NCBI GenBank assembly: GCA_033762295.1
Contig: JANRLW010000082.1
Location: forward strand, 1-51,587
Direction: 5' to 3'
DNA length: 51,587 nucleotides
From: Capsulimonadales bacterium
GTDB lineage: Bacteria > Armatimonadota > Armatimonadia > Armatimonadales > Armatimonadaceae
The notes beneath the pieces were generated by a model, which had not been told where the DNA came from, searched no databases, and saw only the letters and a list, made by a program, of their open reading frames with translations. Shown piece after piece: positions 38,547 through 48,631 of this stretch. The translations under genes were made by a program, and so were the position numbers. How positions within the stretch are numbered: the stretch's first letter is position 1; each line of letters begins with the position of its first letter.

Positions 38547-40076
38547 CTACTCGGGCAGGCGGACACGCCGCAACACAAAATACGCGCGCTCGGTGGATCG
38601 ATCTTTCAAAAAATCGAGCGTCTCCTTGCGCTTCTCGAAATAGGAAAAATAAAGATACCCCCCGGTAATACGCAACGTCCCTCTGTTGAAATCCGCGACA
38701 TCGGTCACAAATCGAGGGGCTCCCAGAGGTGCGCCGGAACGATCGGGATGGACACGGGCGATCCAGGTCGACTGGTAAGGTTTTCCGTTCCGTTCCTCCA
38801 CCATATTCCGGAGAATATATCCCTTCTCCCCATCGCGGACGAAGGCGAACGGTCGAACGGTCTTTCCGTCCGCGTCCCGCAGCACCCCCATCGATCGCAC
38901 GTCGGAACCATCCTCGCGGGCGGTCATCAGAACGACTTCCGAATCGGCGTCGTAATACCACTCCCGTCCGTCAGGGAATCCGATGATGCGCTGCTTCCCC
39001 TGTCCCGTGCTCCCTTCAAACCAGTAGTAACGGTCGCCGTATCGGAGCACGTTCGTCCCTTCGATGAGGGATTCCATGACCGGGGAAGGCTCCATCGGGT
39101 TGGGGGACCCCGTCGGGTTGGGGGACTCCTTCCGTCGACGTTGCAGCGCGGGAGGGATCGGCAGCGCACGGACGGAATCCGGGTCGCCGGGGACCATTTC
39201 GTATCGCCGGGGCGCTATCTCGCCCGGTTCGCCCATCTCCGACCAGTAAACCCGGTCCGCCGACGCCGACATATCCCGGATCAGGCAGTTCCGGCGTATC
39301 ACCCGCGTTTTTCCGGACCAATCGGTCAGCGCCAGCGTGTCTTTCGGTTCCGCTTCGAGATACATCGGCAACGCCGGGTCCGTCGGCACCACCCGGGTTA
39401 CGACGGTCGTTTCCGGACGAACCCAGCAGATTCCCGCCGGAGTGAGGGTGATCGGTCCCGCGCCGCGGACGATCAGAGAGGACCGGGTCACCCGATCGCT
39501 GCCGGGTCGGTCGCCGATTCGGAGGCGCACGACGGTCAGGTTATGGGTCGTCGTCTTCGGGACACGACGCACCGTCTCACGCCGCTCTTCCGGTTTCGGT
39601 TTCTCCCCTTTTCGGTAGACGACCGGATCGACGGGCGAGAGGGAAATCGCCGGAAATCCCTTTATCAGTAAACCACCGAGCGGCGAGGGACGAAAGGGAC
39701 GAAATCCGGGAGCGGGCGGTTCGGGGTTTCGCGCTTCGAACAGCAGAAGGATCTCCTCCGGAGTGACCAGCGATTGCAGAAAGGCTCGGTCCTTCTCGCC
39801 TTGAAAGAGGATCTCCGGCGTCTTCTTTCCGGGAACGCGCGCGATTATGGAGGTCGCGGGGGGGTCCTGTTGAACGGACAGATGGATACGACGGTCACCG
39901 CGAGCGGTCAACAGCGGCGCTGCGTCCTGGCTGTCCATATAAACGCGTTCCTCCACCGCCTCCGCCCCGCTATCCCGGGGCAGGAAGTGACATCCGGAGC
40001 AAATCCCTGCGAGGATGCCGACCGACAGGATATGTCGGATCGTGCGAGCGCAGGTTCTGCCAGCGGAGCGGAACAT
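38547..40076 (-). CDS. Hypothetical lipoprotein, paralog of the adjacent gene
   Basis: 509 aa; AGGAGG RBS; lipobox-like CSGC; shared motif blocks. Confidence 0.75.
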   Translation of the reverse strand: MFRSAGRTCARTIRHILSVGILAGICSGCHFLPRDSGAEAVEERVYMDSQDAAPLLTARGDRRIHLSVQQDPPATSIIARVPGKKTPEILFQGEKDRAFLQSLVTPEEILLLFEARNPEPPAPGFRPFRPSPLGGLLIKGFPAISLSPVDPVVYRKGEKPKPEERRETVRRVPKTTTHNLTVVRLRIGDRPGSDRVTRSSLIVRGAGPITLTPAGICWVRPETTVVTRVVPTDPALPMYLEAEPKDTLALTDWSGKTRVIRRNCLIRDMSASADRVYWSEMGEPGEIAPRRYEMVPGDPDSVRALPIPPALQRRRKESPNPTGSPNPMEPSPVMESLIEGTNVLRYGDRYYWFEGSTGQGKQRIIGFPDGREWYYDADSEVVLMTAREDGSDVRSMGVLRDADGKTVRPFAFVRDGEKGYILRNMVEERNGKPYQSTWIARVHPDRSGAPLGAPRFVTDVADFNRGTLRITGGYLYFSYFEKRKETLDFLKDRSTERAYFVLRRVRLPE

Positions 40077-40102
40077 ACCGGGGCCTCCTGAACGGGCGGA
40101 TT

Positions 40103-40753
40103 CTAGCCGCGCGGGGTGCCATTGACGGAGGGCGCCGGTTCCTCATCGGACGGCGCGGGAAACAGGCCGCGCGTAACGGCTCGCAGTTTATCGAGTATCT
40201 CGATCAGGCGAGCCCGCTCCTCGACGGTCATCTGACGTAGCGCCTCCGTCGTTCGCTCCAGACGTTGCGCCGTCCGGGATTGCATCAGCGATCGTCCATG
40301 CAGGGTCAGCCGCAGGTAACGGTTACGACGGTCGCCCGTGGTATCCGACGTCCGCTCGACCAGTCCGGCACGCTCCAGTCGGTCCGCCATCTGGGTGACG
40401 GCGGAGACGGAAATGCCCAGGTCCTCGCCGATCTGCGACATCGTGCGGCGTCCCTCCTTATGCAGAAGGGTACAAAGTCGAAATTGACCGAGCGGCAGAT
40501 CCGCGATCGGATGCGCCGGGTCGGTGCTGAACAACTGACGAGAGATGATCGGAAGCAGACGTTCGAGCTCGGCCGCCTGCCGTTCCAGAAACACCTGTTC
40601 CTCGTCCGAGATGACTGCGTTCACTCCCTCCGGGCTTTCCTGACTTACGGAGGTCCCTTCGGACCCCGTGGTCGGAGTACCCGTATTTTCCGTGTGCGAA
40701 ACTACCAACGGCCTGCCCTCATTTACGCGAATTACGGCGTTCCGGTTCGCCAT
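40103..40753 (-). CDS. MarR family transcriptional regulator
   Basis: TMSQIGEDLGISVSAVTQMADRLERAGLVER...DRRNRYLRLTLHG winged helix. Confidence 0.9.
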   Translation of the reverse strand: MANRNAVIRVNEGRPLVVSHTENTGTPTTGSEGTSVSQESPEGVNAVISDEEQVFLERQAAELERLLPIISRQLFSTDPAHPIADLPLGQFRLCTLLHKEGRRTMSQIGEDLGISVSAVTQMADRLERAGLVERTSDTTGDRRNRYLRLTLHGRSLMQSRTAQRLERTTEALRQMTVEERARLIEILDKLRAVTRGLFPAPSDEEPAPSVNGTPRG

Positions 40754-40756
40754 TAC

Positions 40757-40785
40757 CCGGTATCGTTATACCATAACGATACCGG
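40757..40785. promoter_or_regulatory. Perfect palindrome over the marR promoter, putative operator
   Basis: CCGGTATCGTTAT-ACC-ATAACGATACCGG, overlapping a TGGTATAAC -10 on the minus strand. Confidence 0.6.
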
Positions 40786-40866
40786 ATCGTTTCGGTTAGA
40801 CAACTAATTCACTATGAGGACAGGTTTACCCGCTTTTACTTTGCTTTCCCGATCAGACCCGACCGA

Positions 40867-43800
40867 TCAGACCCTCCCGGCCGTTTCCCGTTCCGCCTCG
40901 ACCGATTCGACGCTCGGCTCCACCAGCGGCGCACGGGCCAGGTCGCGCCGGTCGCCCCGGAAACGCCGCGCCAGATCGTCGAACAGTGTGTAGACGACCG
41001 GTACGACAAAGAGGGTCAGGATGGTGGAGGTGGTCAGACCGCCGACGACCGCCGTCGCCAGCGGCGCCTGCGTCTCCGATCCCTCCCCCAGTCCGAGCGC
41101 CAGCGGCAGCATTCCGAATCCCGCCGCCAGACTCGTCATCAGGATCGGCCGCAGACGCGTCGGCGACGCTTCCAGAATCGCGTCGTCGCGGGAGCGTCCC
41201 CGCTCCCGCAACAGGTTGGTGTAGTCGATGAGCAGGATTCCGTTCTTGACGACGATGCCGACCAGCAGCAGAAGGCCGATAAACGCGGTCAATCCGAACG
41301 GTCGCCCCGACAGGAAAAGCGCGAGGATCACGCCCAGGGTCGATAGAGGAACGGTCAAAAGGATGGTCAGCGGATGGATGAACGACTCGAACTGCGACGC
41401 CAGAAGCATATAGATCAGGGCGATCGCCAGAAAGACGGCCAGGCCCATCCCGGCAAACTCCTGCCCCTTGCGCTTCTGGTTGCTGCCCCAGTCCCAGCGG
41501 TAACCGGCCGGCAGGCTCCAGTCCTGCAGCGATCGAGTGATATCCTCCTGGATTTCACCCGCCGACCGCTTCTCCGGCGTCCCCGTGACGGCGATGTACC
41601 GCTGACGGTTCAGACGGGTAATCTGGCTCGGCCCCGTTCCGAACTCCGGCGTCGCCACCTGCCCCAGGTTAACGATGGTGCCGGAAGCGGTGCGAAGCGG
41701 CAGTTCCGACAGCGACTCCACCGTTTTGCGCCGGTCTACCGGCACCTGAACGTAGATCGGATACTGAAACCCGTTCTCCTGATAGTAGGAGGAAATCGTT
41801 CCGTTCGTCGCCGTGCCGATACTGTTCGCGATATCCGAGAAGGACAGGCCCAGTTGCGATGCCTTGTCTCGATCCACCTTCCACTGCAGTTCGGGGGTCG
41901 TGTCCTGCCAGTTGACGTCGAGGTTCTCCCAGCCGGAGATCTCCCGTCCTTTCGCCAGAACCTCCCGGGACAGCCGCGAAAGCTCGTTCAGATCCTCGCC
42001 GAAGATATTGACCTCGACATTTTGCGTGCCTCCGGTCAGGATCTGTGTGACGAGGTCGAACTGGTTGAGCGTGATGCGCGCGCCCGGAATCTGCGAGAAC
42101 TTGCGCCGCAGCCGCGCGATGACGTCGACGGTTTTGGTCTCACGCTCGTCTTTCAGTTTCACCAGCGCGGAACCCTGATTGGGGTTCAGCGAGGTCGAGG
42201 TGCCGCGAACGGACAGGGAGGTTCCCGCCGCCGCAAAGACGGTCGCCACTGCGGGGTCTTCCAGCAGGGTCTTCTCGACCGAGCGCATCGTCTCGTCCGT
42301 TTTCGCCAGGCTGGTGCCAACGGGCATTTTCAGGAACAGCTGAAAGTCGCCGGAATCGGTCGCCGGCATGAGTTCGACACCGATCAGCGGAATGAGCAAC
42401 AGGGACAGGGCACAGCTTCCGAACGCGCCGATCACCACCCACCAGCGATGGTTCAGCGACCAGTGCAGGGCATGGCGATATCCGCGGTCCATCGCGTCGA
42501 ACCGTTCTCCGGACCAGCGGAAAAACCGTTCCAGCGGATTGCCGCGCCTCGGCGCAACGGACGAACGGTCCCCGGAGGACGGTGCGGGAATACCGTTCGC
42601 CCGACCGGTTCTTCGGCCGGAAAGCCGCAGAGCGTCGCTCCCGACCGGAGGGGCCTCCTCGGTCCGATCCTTCTCCCCGTGCTCCTGGTAGTCCTCGGCC
42701 CGGATCAGGCGCGAGGCCAGCATGGGTACGACCGTGGTCGCATCGAGCAGCGAGACGGCGATGGAGAAGATGACCACCAGCGCCAGCTGAGTGAACATCT
42801 GACCGCTCTGCCCCTGAATCAACAGGAGCGGCAGGAAGACGATCATGATCGTCACGGTCGACGCGACGACCGCCGTCATGATCTCCTGCGCCCCGGTGAC
42901 CGCCGCCTCCGCCGCCCGTTTCCCGTCGCGCTCGATGTGCCGGAAGATATTCTCCAGAACGACGACCGCATCGTCGACGATCAGGCCGATAGCCAGTGCC
43001 AGGCCCGACAGGCTCATCGTGTTCAGGGTGAAACCGCAGACATACAGCAGGGTGAACGTCGAGATGACCGAGATCGGGATCGACAGGGCGACGACCAGTG
43101 TCGACCGGACGTTACGCAAAAAGAAAAGCAGGATCAGAACGGCCAGCGTCGCGCCGATAATGCCATCCTCCTTGACCCGATCGACCGAGTTCTCGATAAA
43201 ACGGCTCTGGTCGTAGGAGAGACGGAATTGGAGGTGGGGATATAGCTTTTTGGCCTCCTCGAGCTTCTTGTGAACCTCCTCGGCCGTGGCAATGGTGTTT
43301 GCGCCGCTCTGCCGCTGAATCAGCAGACCGACCGACGGTTCCCCGTTGAGACGGGTGTAGATGCGCGTCTCGGTCGCGGCATCCCGGACGTTCGCGATCT
43401 CCCCGAGCGTGACGGTCGCGCCGTTCAGAGACGCCACCGGAATCCGCTTCATATCGTCGATGCTGGTGAAAAGCCCGGTCGAGCGTACGATATACTCGGT
43501 CTCGCTCTGCTTGGCGATCCCGGCGGGCAGGTTCAGGTTCTCCTGAATGATCCGGTCGCTGACCTGCTTGAGCGACAGACCGCGCGCCCGGAGCCGGTCC
43601 GGATCGACATCCACGATAATGGCCCGCTGTTCGCCGCCCGTGACGTTGACGGCGGCGACCCCGTTCGCGCTTTCCAGAATCGGGGCGACCTCGTTATCGA
43701 GCAGGGTCCGCAGTTTGATGACGTCCTTCTCGCCGGAGACGCCATAGACCAGGATCGGGGTCTGGGACGGGTCGAACTTGAAGACGACCGGTTCGGTCAG

Positions 43801-44172
43801 GGTGGGGTCGATCGGGAACGTTCGCTTCGCCCGCTGCACCTGCTGCAGGACGTCGACCGCCGCCTGACCGATATTGGTTCCCCACTGGAACTGAACCCGG
43901 ACGAAAACGTTCCCCTCCGACGTGGTCGACGAGACCTCGTACAGTCCGGGCACCGAGGAGACGGCCCGTTCCAGGGGACGGGTCACCTGGGCTTCGATCT
44001 CTTCCGGGGCGACGTTGGGCCACTCGCAGTTGACGGCGACCGTCGGCAGCGAGACATTCGGCAGCAGGTCGACCGGCAGACGCGTAAAACAGACCGCGCC
44101 CAGGAGTACCAGGGCGGCGATACGCATCGTGACCGCGACCGGCCGCGTGACCGAGAATTGTGCGATGTTCAC
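40867..44172 (-). CDS. RND efflux permease (AcrB/AcrD/AcrF family)
   Basis: RPVAV, LPVDLLP, GLIVDDAVVVLENI, GIVVKNGILLID, RLRPILMTS. Confidence 0.95.
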   Translation of the reverse strand: MNIAQFSVTRPVAVTMRIAALVLLGAVCFTRLPVDLLPNVSLPTVAVNCEWPNVAPEEIEAQVTRPLERAVSSVPGLYEVSSTTSEGNVFVRVQFQWGTNIGQAAVDVLQQVQRAKRTFPIDPTLTEPVVFKFDPSQTPILVYGVSGEKDVIKLRTLLDNEVAPILESANGVAAVNVTGGEQRAIIVDVDPDRLRARGLSLKQVSDRIIQENLNLPAGIAKQSETEYIVRSTGLFTSIDDMKRIPVASLNGATVTLGEIANVRDAATETRIYTRLNGEPSVGLLIQRQSGANTIATAEEVHKKLEEAKKLYPHLQFRLSYDQSRFIENSVDRVKEDGIIGATLAVLILLFFLRNVRSTLVVALSIPISVISTFTLLYVCGFTLNTMSLSGLALAIGLIVDDAVVVLENIFRHIERDGKRAAEAAVTGAQEIMTAVVASTVTIMIVFLPLLLIQGQSGQMFTQLALVVIFSIAVSLLDATTVVPMLASRLIRAEDYQEHGEKDRTEEAPPVGSDALRLSGRRTGRANGIPAPSSGDRSSVAPRRGNPLERFFRWSGERFDAMDRGYRHALHWSLNHRWWVVIGAFGSCALSLLLIPLIGVELMPATDSGDFQLFLKMPVGTSLAKTDETMRSVEKTLLEDPAVATVFAAAGTSLSVRGTSTSLNPNQGSALVKLKDERETKTVDVIARLRRKFSQIPGARITLNQFDLVTQILTGGTQNVEVNIFGEDLNELSRLSREVLAKGREISGWENLDVNWQDTTPELQWKVDRDKASQLGLSFSDIANSIGTATNGTISSYYQENGFQYPIYVQVPVDRRKTVESLSELPLRTASGTIVNLGQVATPEFGTGPSQITRLNRQRYIAVTGTPEKRSAGEIQEDITRSLQDWSLPAGYRWDWGSNQKRKGQEFAGMGLAVFLAIALIYMLLASQFESFIHPLTILLTVPLSTLGVILALFLSGRPFGLTAFIGLLLLVGIVVKNGILLIDYTNLLRERGRSRDDAILEASPTRLRPILMTSLAAGFGMLPLALGLGEGSETQAPLATAVVGGLTTSTILTLFVVPVVYTLFDDLARRFRGDRRDLARAPLVEPSVESVEAERETAGRV

Positions 44173-45833
44173 TATCCGGATTCCTTCCCGACGTTGCTTC
44201 CGGCGGTCCGCCCGGAGGCTTCCTTGCCGCGTCCGCCCGCCCCGCCCGGCTCGACCTGTACGACCTGCCCCTCCTTCAGGGGTCGCCCGGTCACGGTGAC
44301 GACCTGTTCGCCTTCCCGCAACCCTTCGGCCACCACCACATGACGGCCATCCGTGATCCCGGTCCGTATCGGTCGAATCTCCACTTTGCTTTCGGCGCCG
44401 ATCACGGTCACGCTCTTGCGCACCTCCTCCGAGCCGGAGATACGGGTCTCGGTGATCGCTTCGCGCGGTACGCTGATGGCGTTGGGAACCCGTTCGGTTT
44501 CCAGTAGCACCCGGGCGAACGTGCCGGGGCGGTAAGCGCCGCTCCGGTTCCCGAGTGCGATGCGGACGGTGAACTGCCGGCTGGCGGGATCGGCGCCCGG
44601 ATCGATGCGCAGGATGCGCCCGGTCGGGTTATCTCCCGGCAGTGCGTCGAGCGTGATCCGTGCCGTCTGCCCGACCGTCAGGTAGCGACGCACCTCCTCC
44701 GGAACGGCGATGGTCACCCAGACATTCCGGATCCGCTGCACGGCGACGACCGCTTCGGCGGGGGATACCAGCGCCCCGGGATCGACATACCGCTTGGTGA
44801 TGATCCCGTCCATCGGAGAGCGCAGGATCGTATCGGCCAGCCGGTTCCGTCCGGTGCGGACGTCCGAATCGGCGGCGGCGACGGCGGCCCTCAGCGCCTC
44901 GAGGTTACTCCGGTAGGCTGTGGTCCGGGCCGTATTGGCCTGCGCGGCGACGAGTCCCGCTTCGTTCTGCCGGACGGTGGCGGTCGTGACGGCGACATCG
45001 GCTTCCGCTTTGTTGCGGACGACCTCGACATTTTGCATGGCGGACTGCTTCTGCGCGACGGCGGAATCGCGAACGGCGACGGCAGCCTCCCGGTTTCGAA
45101 CCGCTTCCTCCAGCGCCCCCCGGGCCGCCTCCTCCGCCGTTCGGGCGTCGTCCAGGTTCTGTCGGGCGGTCGCCCCTTCCTTGAACAGGGCTTCCTGCCG
45201 TTCCCGTTTCACCCGGGCGTTTTCCAGATTGCTTTTGGCGGTGGCGATGGCAGCCTCGGCGCGGGCGATGCCGGCCTCGGCGCTGGCGACTCTCCCCTGA
45301 GCGTCGGTGACGGAGGCGCGCGCCGCGAGGACCTGGGCGTCAGCGGAGGCGCGCGCCTGTCGCTCCTGCGCCCGTGCCGTGTTGACGGCGGCCCGCTGCC
45401 GCTGAATATCGGTTTGCAATGCGACATTGGTCGGGTTCGTATTGGCCTGCGCTTCGGCCAATCGCGCCCGCGCTTCGGCCAGGGCCGCTTCCGCGCGACG
45501 CAGATTCCCGACCAGATCGGGGGCATCGACACGGGCGATCACCTGTCCGGCGCTCACCCGGTCCCCTTCCCGCGCCGTCAGATCGAACACTTTCCCGGTG
45601 ACTTCCGGCTTCAGGTCGACGGTGTACGGCGCCTCGACGCTGCCCACCGCTTCAAAGGTATTGATCACATCTCGACGCGCCGCAGCGATCGTCTCGACAT
45701 TGACCGGCGCATTGGCGCGCGCGGCCTTCTGCCGTACCCGCTCTGCCGCTTCCGCCTGTTTTTGGCTCACGCGCCAGCCGACCAGGGTCAGCAGGACCAG
45801 AACCGGGACGATGATGAATATCCAGCGCTTCAT
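44172..45833 (-). CDS. RND periplasmic adaptor (membrane fusion protein) with long coiled coil
   Basis: N-terminal TM; EGDRVSAGQVIARVD and LRSPMDG lipoyl halves; VEIRPIRTG; GLREGEQVV. Confidence 0.92.
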   Translation of the reverse strand: MKRWIFIIVPVLVLLTLVGWRVSQKQAEAAERVRQKAARANAPVNVETIAAARRDVINTFEAVGSVEAPYTVDLKPEVTGKVFDLTAREGDRVSAGQVIARVDAPDLVGNLRRAEAALAEARARLAEAQANTNPTNVALQTDIQRQRAAVNTARAQERQARASADAQVLAARASVTDAQGRVASAEAGIARAEAAIATAKSNLENARVKRERQEALFKEGATARQNLDDARTAEEAARGALEEAVRNREAAVAVRDSAVAQKQSAMQNVEVVRNKAEADVAVTTATVRQNEAGLVAAQANTARTTAYRSNLEALRAAVAAADSDVRTGRNRLADTILRSPMDGIITKRYVDPGALVSPAEAVVAVQRIRNVWVTIAVPEEVRRYLTVGQTARITLDALPGDNPTGRILRIDPGADPASRQFTVRIALGNRSGAYRPGTFARVLLETERVPNAISVPREAITETRISGSEEVRKSVTVIGAESKVEIRPIRTGITDGRHVVVAEGLREGEQVVTVTGRPLKEGQVVQVEPGGAGGRGKEASGRTAGSNVGKESG

Positions 45834-46208
45834 AGATTCGTTATCCGTTTTCTAAAGCGTACCCGGCGGACGAGGCGATTTTCCTGCGTTTCGACCCGTC
45901 AGGCGCATATTGAAGGACTCCGGCCCTTCAATGACGTCGACCAGAAACAAATGTTTACAAATTCGGGCAAAATACCCCGTATTTTTTCTGTTTTTTTCTT
46001 CGAATCTGCCGACGGGACGCGATTTGACGAGGGAACGACGGTCCGGGAAATGTTCCGGAGGCCGCCCCGGTATTAATTCACATTGTCAAAGGCGCGGCCC
46101 CCCCTGCATAATGAACTTCGGAAGAAGAGACCACGGGAACCATGACAATATAGCACAGGTTTATTTCGAACAATTTAGAACAGGCAAAGGCCGGAATGGG
46201 TTGCAGAA

Positions 46209-47870
46209 ATGACGGTTAGGTCGCCACGCATGCGTCCGGGAATCACACGTCCGATTCCCATCGAGTCTCTCTCCGGCGGACGTTCGGAAGACAGTTCTGC
46301 CCTGCTGGATCTTCTCCTGACCTGGGGACGATCCTGCTGTTCGGTCGCGGACCTTACCGCGCTTCTCCCGTTGATGACAGGCTTGCCGAACGCGCTTTCC
46401 TGCGCCTTCGCCGGCCTCTGGACGTACCGGTCCGAAGGGTGTTTCGAGCGTCTGTACCCGCGTTTGCCGACGGTCTCCGGCACCGAACGTCTCCGTATCC
46501 AGCCGCCGCCGCGTCATCCCCTGGTATGGAATTCGCCCGCCGCCTTCGCGACGGAAATGCCCCCGCTCTCTCCGTTTCTACCGGAAGGGATGACCCATGC
46601 CCTGATTTATCCTATCATTGCCGGGGAGCATTACCTCGGTCTGCTCTGCCTCGCCGACGATCAGCGCGTTTTCGATAAGGAGGATCTGAAAATCGTTTCC
46701 GGGATGGGAGGACTCGTCGCTCAAATGTTACAAGCCCATGCCTTACAGGAGTTCCATCGTCGGGCGGAGGAACGCCGGAAGCTCCTGGACCATATCCGTG
46801 GCCATCTTCAACGGACCCTGAACCTGGAACTGCTGATCTCCCGCATTCTGGACGAGGTCAATACGGCGATCCATGCGGAAGCGCAGTCCATCTGGCTGGT
46901 GGACGAATCGGCCTCGCTGATCCGCTGCCGCTTCGCGACCGGTCCCGGCGCGGAGGCGATCAAGCAGATCGCGGTCCCGCTCGGTGAGGGAATCGTCGGC
47001 AACACGGTCGCGCGGCAGGAGGCGTATCTGATCGCGGACGCTCAGTCCGACGTCCGTCACAGTCGGCGCGCCGATCGCAAGACCGGTATCACGACGCACA
47101 GCCTGGTCTCCGTGCCGCTGGTCCGCGACGGTCGGACGATCGGCGCGATTCAGGCGATCAATAAGCGCGATGAGGCATCGTTCACCACCGAGGATCTGGA
47201 CCTGCTGCAGTCGATCGCCGATATCGCCGCCCTGGCGATCGAGAATGCCCGTCTGTACGCCGAACTGGAGAACAGTTACGATACGACGCTTCAGGCGTTG
47301 ACCGCCGCTCTGGACGCCCGCGACCATGAAACCGAGGGGCATTCCCGACGGGTGGTGGAGTACGCGGTCCGGCTCGCCCGGGAGATCGGTCTGTCCGGCG
47401 CGGAGTTGCGAACCCTCCGCCGCGGCGCGCTCATTCACGACATCGGCAAGATCGGCATTCCGGACGCCATCCTCCACAAACCCGGCCCGCTGACCCCCGA
47501 GGAAACCGAGGTGATGCGCCGTCATCCGGAACTGGGGTACGAGATGCTGCGCGGGGTCTCCCACCTTTCCGAGGAGGTGATGCTGGTCCTTGCGCATCAG
47601 GAACGCTGGGACGGACGGGGCTACCCGGCGGGATTGTCCGGAAACGAGATTCCGCTCTTCGCGCGTCTGTTCGCGATCGTCGATACCTTTGACGCCATTC
47701 TGTCCGATCGCCCCTATCGCAAGGGCCGACCCTATTCGGTCGCCTGCCGGATTATCGAGGAGGAGGCCGGAAAACAGTTCGATCCGTCGCTGGTGAATGC
47801 CTTCCTCGCCATTCCGGAGGAGGAGTGGAACGCCATCCGCCACGGGTGCGAACGAAAACCGACCGGCTGA
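46209..47870 (+). CDS. GAF-domain HD-GYP c-di-GMP phosphodiesterase
   Basis: GAF domains; ETEGHSRRV, HDIGKIG, HQERWDGRGYP, DRPYRK. Confidence 0.92.
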   Translation: MTVRSPRMRPGITRPIPIESLSGGRSEDSSALLDLLLTWGRSCCSVADLTALLPLMTGLPNALSCAFAGLWTYRSEGCFERLYPRLPTVSGTERLRIQPPPRHPLVWNSPAAFATEMPPLSPFLPEGMTHALIYPIIAGEHYLGLLCLADDQRVFDKEDLKIVSGMGGLVAQMLQAHALQEFHRRAEERRKLLDHIRGHLQRTLNLELLISRILDEVNTAIHAEAQSIWLVDESASLIRCRFATGPGAEAIKQIAVPLGEGIVGNTVARQEAYLIADAQSDVRHSRRADRKTGITTHSLVSVPLVRDGRTIGAIQAINKRDEASFTTEDLDLLQSIADIAALAIENARLYAELENSYDTTLQALTAALDARDHETEGHSRRVVEYAVRLAREIGLSGAELRTLRRGALIHDIGKIGIPDAILHKPGPLTPEETEVMRRHPELGYEMLRGVSHLSEEVMLVLAHQERWDGRGYPAGLSGNEIPLFARLFAIVDTFDAILSDRPYRKGRPYSVACRIIEEEAGKQFDPSLVNAFLAIPEEEWNAIRHGCERKPTG

Positions 47871-47941
47871 CGGCGAGGCATCTTTTGGGACTTTGGTCTC
47901 AGGCGCGGTCGGTCCTGTCCCTGTACAAAAGGAGCATCCTG

Positions 47942-48631
47942 ATGGCGGGGAGGTCCCGGATGAAATATGGATTCCGGTTCGGCGGGCTTTGTTTGCTCGG
48001 GCTGCTTCTGTGCGGTTGCTTTCCGGTCGCGCTGCATCCGCACTACCTGGAACGCGATGTCGTCTTCGATCCGGCCCTGGTAGGCGTTTGGTCGGATAAA
48101 GACGACGATACGACGGAAACGACCACCATCACGCGGGACGGCGAGGACGGCTACCTTTATCGATGGGACAGATCGAGCACCGAAGATAGTCCGGCAGCGA
48201 CGACCGTCTGCCGGGCGCGTCTGTTCCGGCTGGGGAACCACCGGTTCCTCGATCTCGCCCCGATTCCCGATCCCTCCGCCTCCGCCCGTCCGCAGACCTT
48301 CCCGTTGATCGAGGGACACATCGTTCTCCGGATTTTCAAAACTTCCTCGGGGCCGGAGATGGTTCCGATGAACCTCGACTGGCTGGAGAAGTATCTCGCG
48401 GACCGTCCGGGAGCGCTCCGTCACGAACGCATCCGGGAGGAGTACTTCGTTCGTGGCACGAAGCACCATCGCGACGACCTGATTCTGACCGGTTCGACCC
48501 TTCAGTTGCGCGGCTTCCTGCGGAGCATGGGCGGCGACCCCGGTCTCTTCCCGCCGCCCGGCGCGGAAACCGAACCGTCCCGGCCCTCCGCCGACTCTCC
48601 GGAGAGAGATCGCCCGTCGTCAGGAGAGTAA
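47942..48631 (+). CDS. Hypothetical lipoprotein
   Basis: AAGGAG RBS; LLCGC lipobox followed by VALHP...FDPALVGVW. Confidence 0.75.
   Translation: MAGRSRMKYGFRFGGLCLLGLLLCGCFPVALHPHYLERDVVFDPALVGVWSDKDDDTTETTTITRDGEDGYLYRWDRSSTEDSPAATTVCRARLFRLGNHRFLDLAPIPDPSASARPQTFPLIEGHIVLRIFKTSSGPEMVPMNLDWLEKYLADRPGALRHERIREEYFVRGTKHHRDDLILTGSTLQLRGFLRSMGGDPGLFPPPGAETEPSRPSADSPERDRPSSGE

Noticed and set aside
41374..44343. 623-aa and 357-aa plus-strand ORFs
   Set aside because: Antisense shadows of the RND permease
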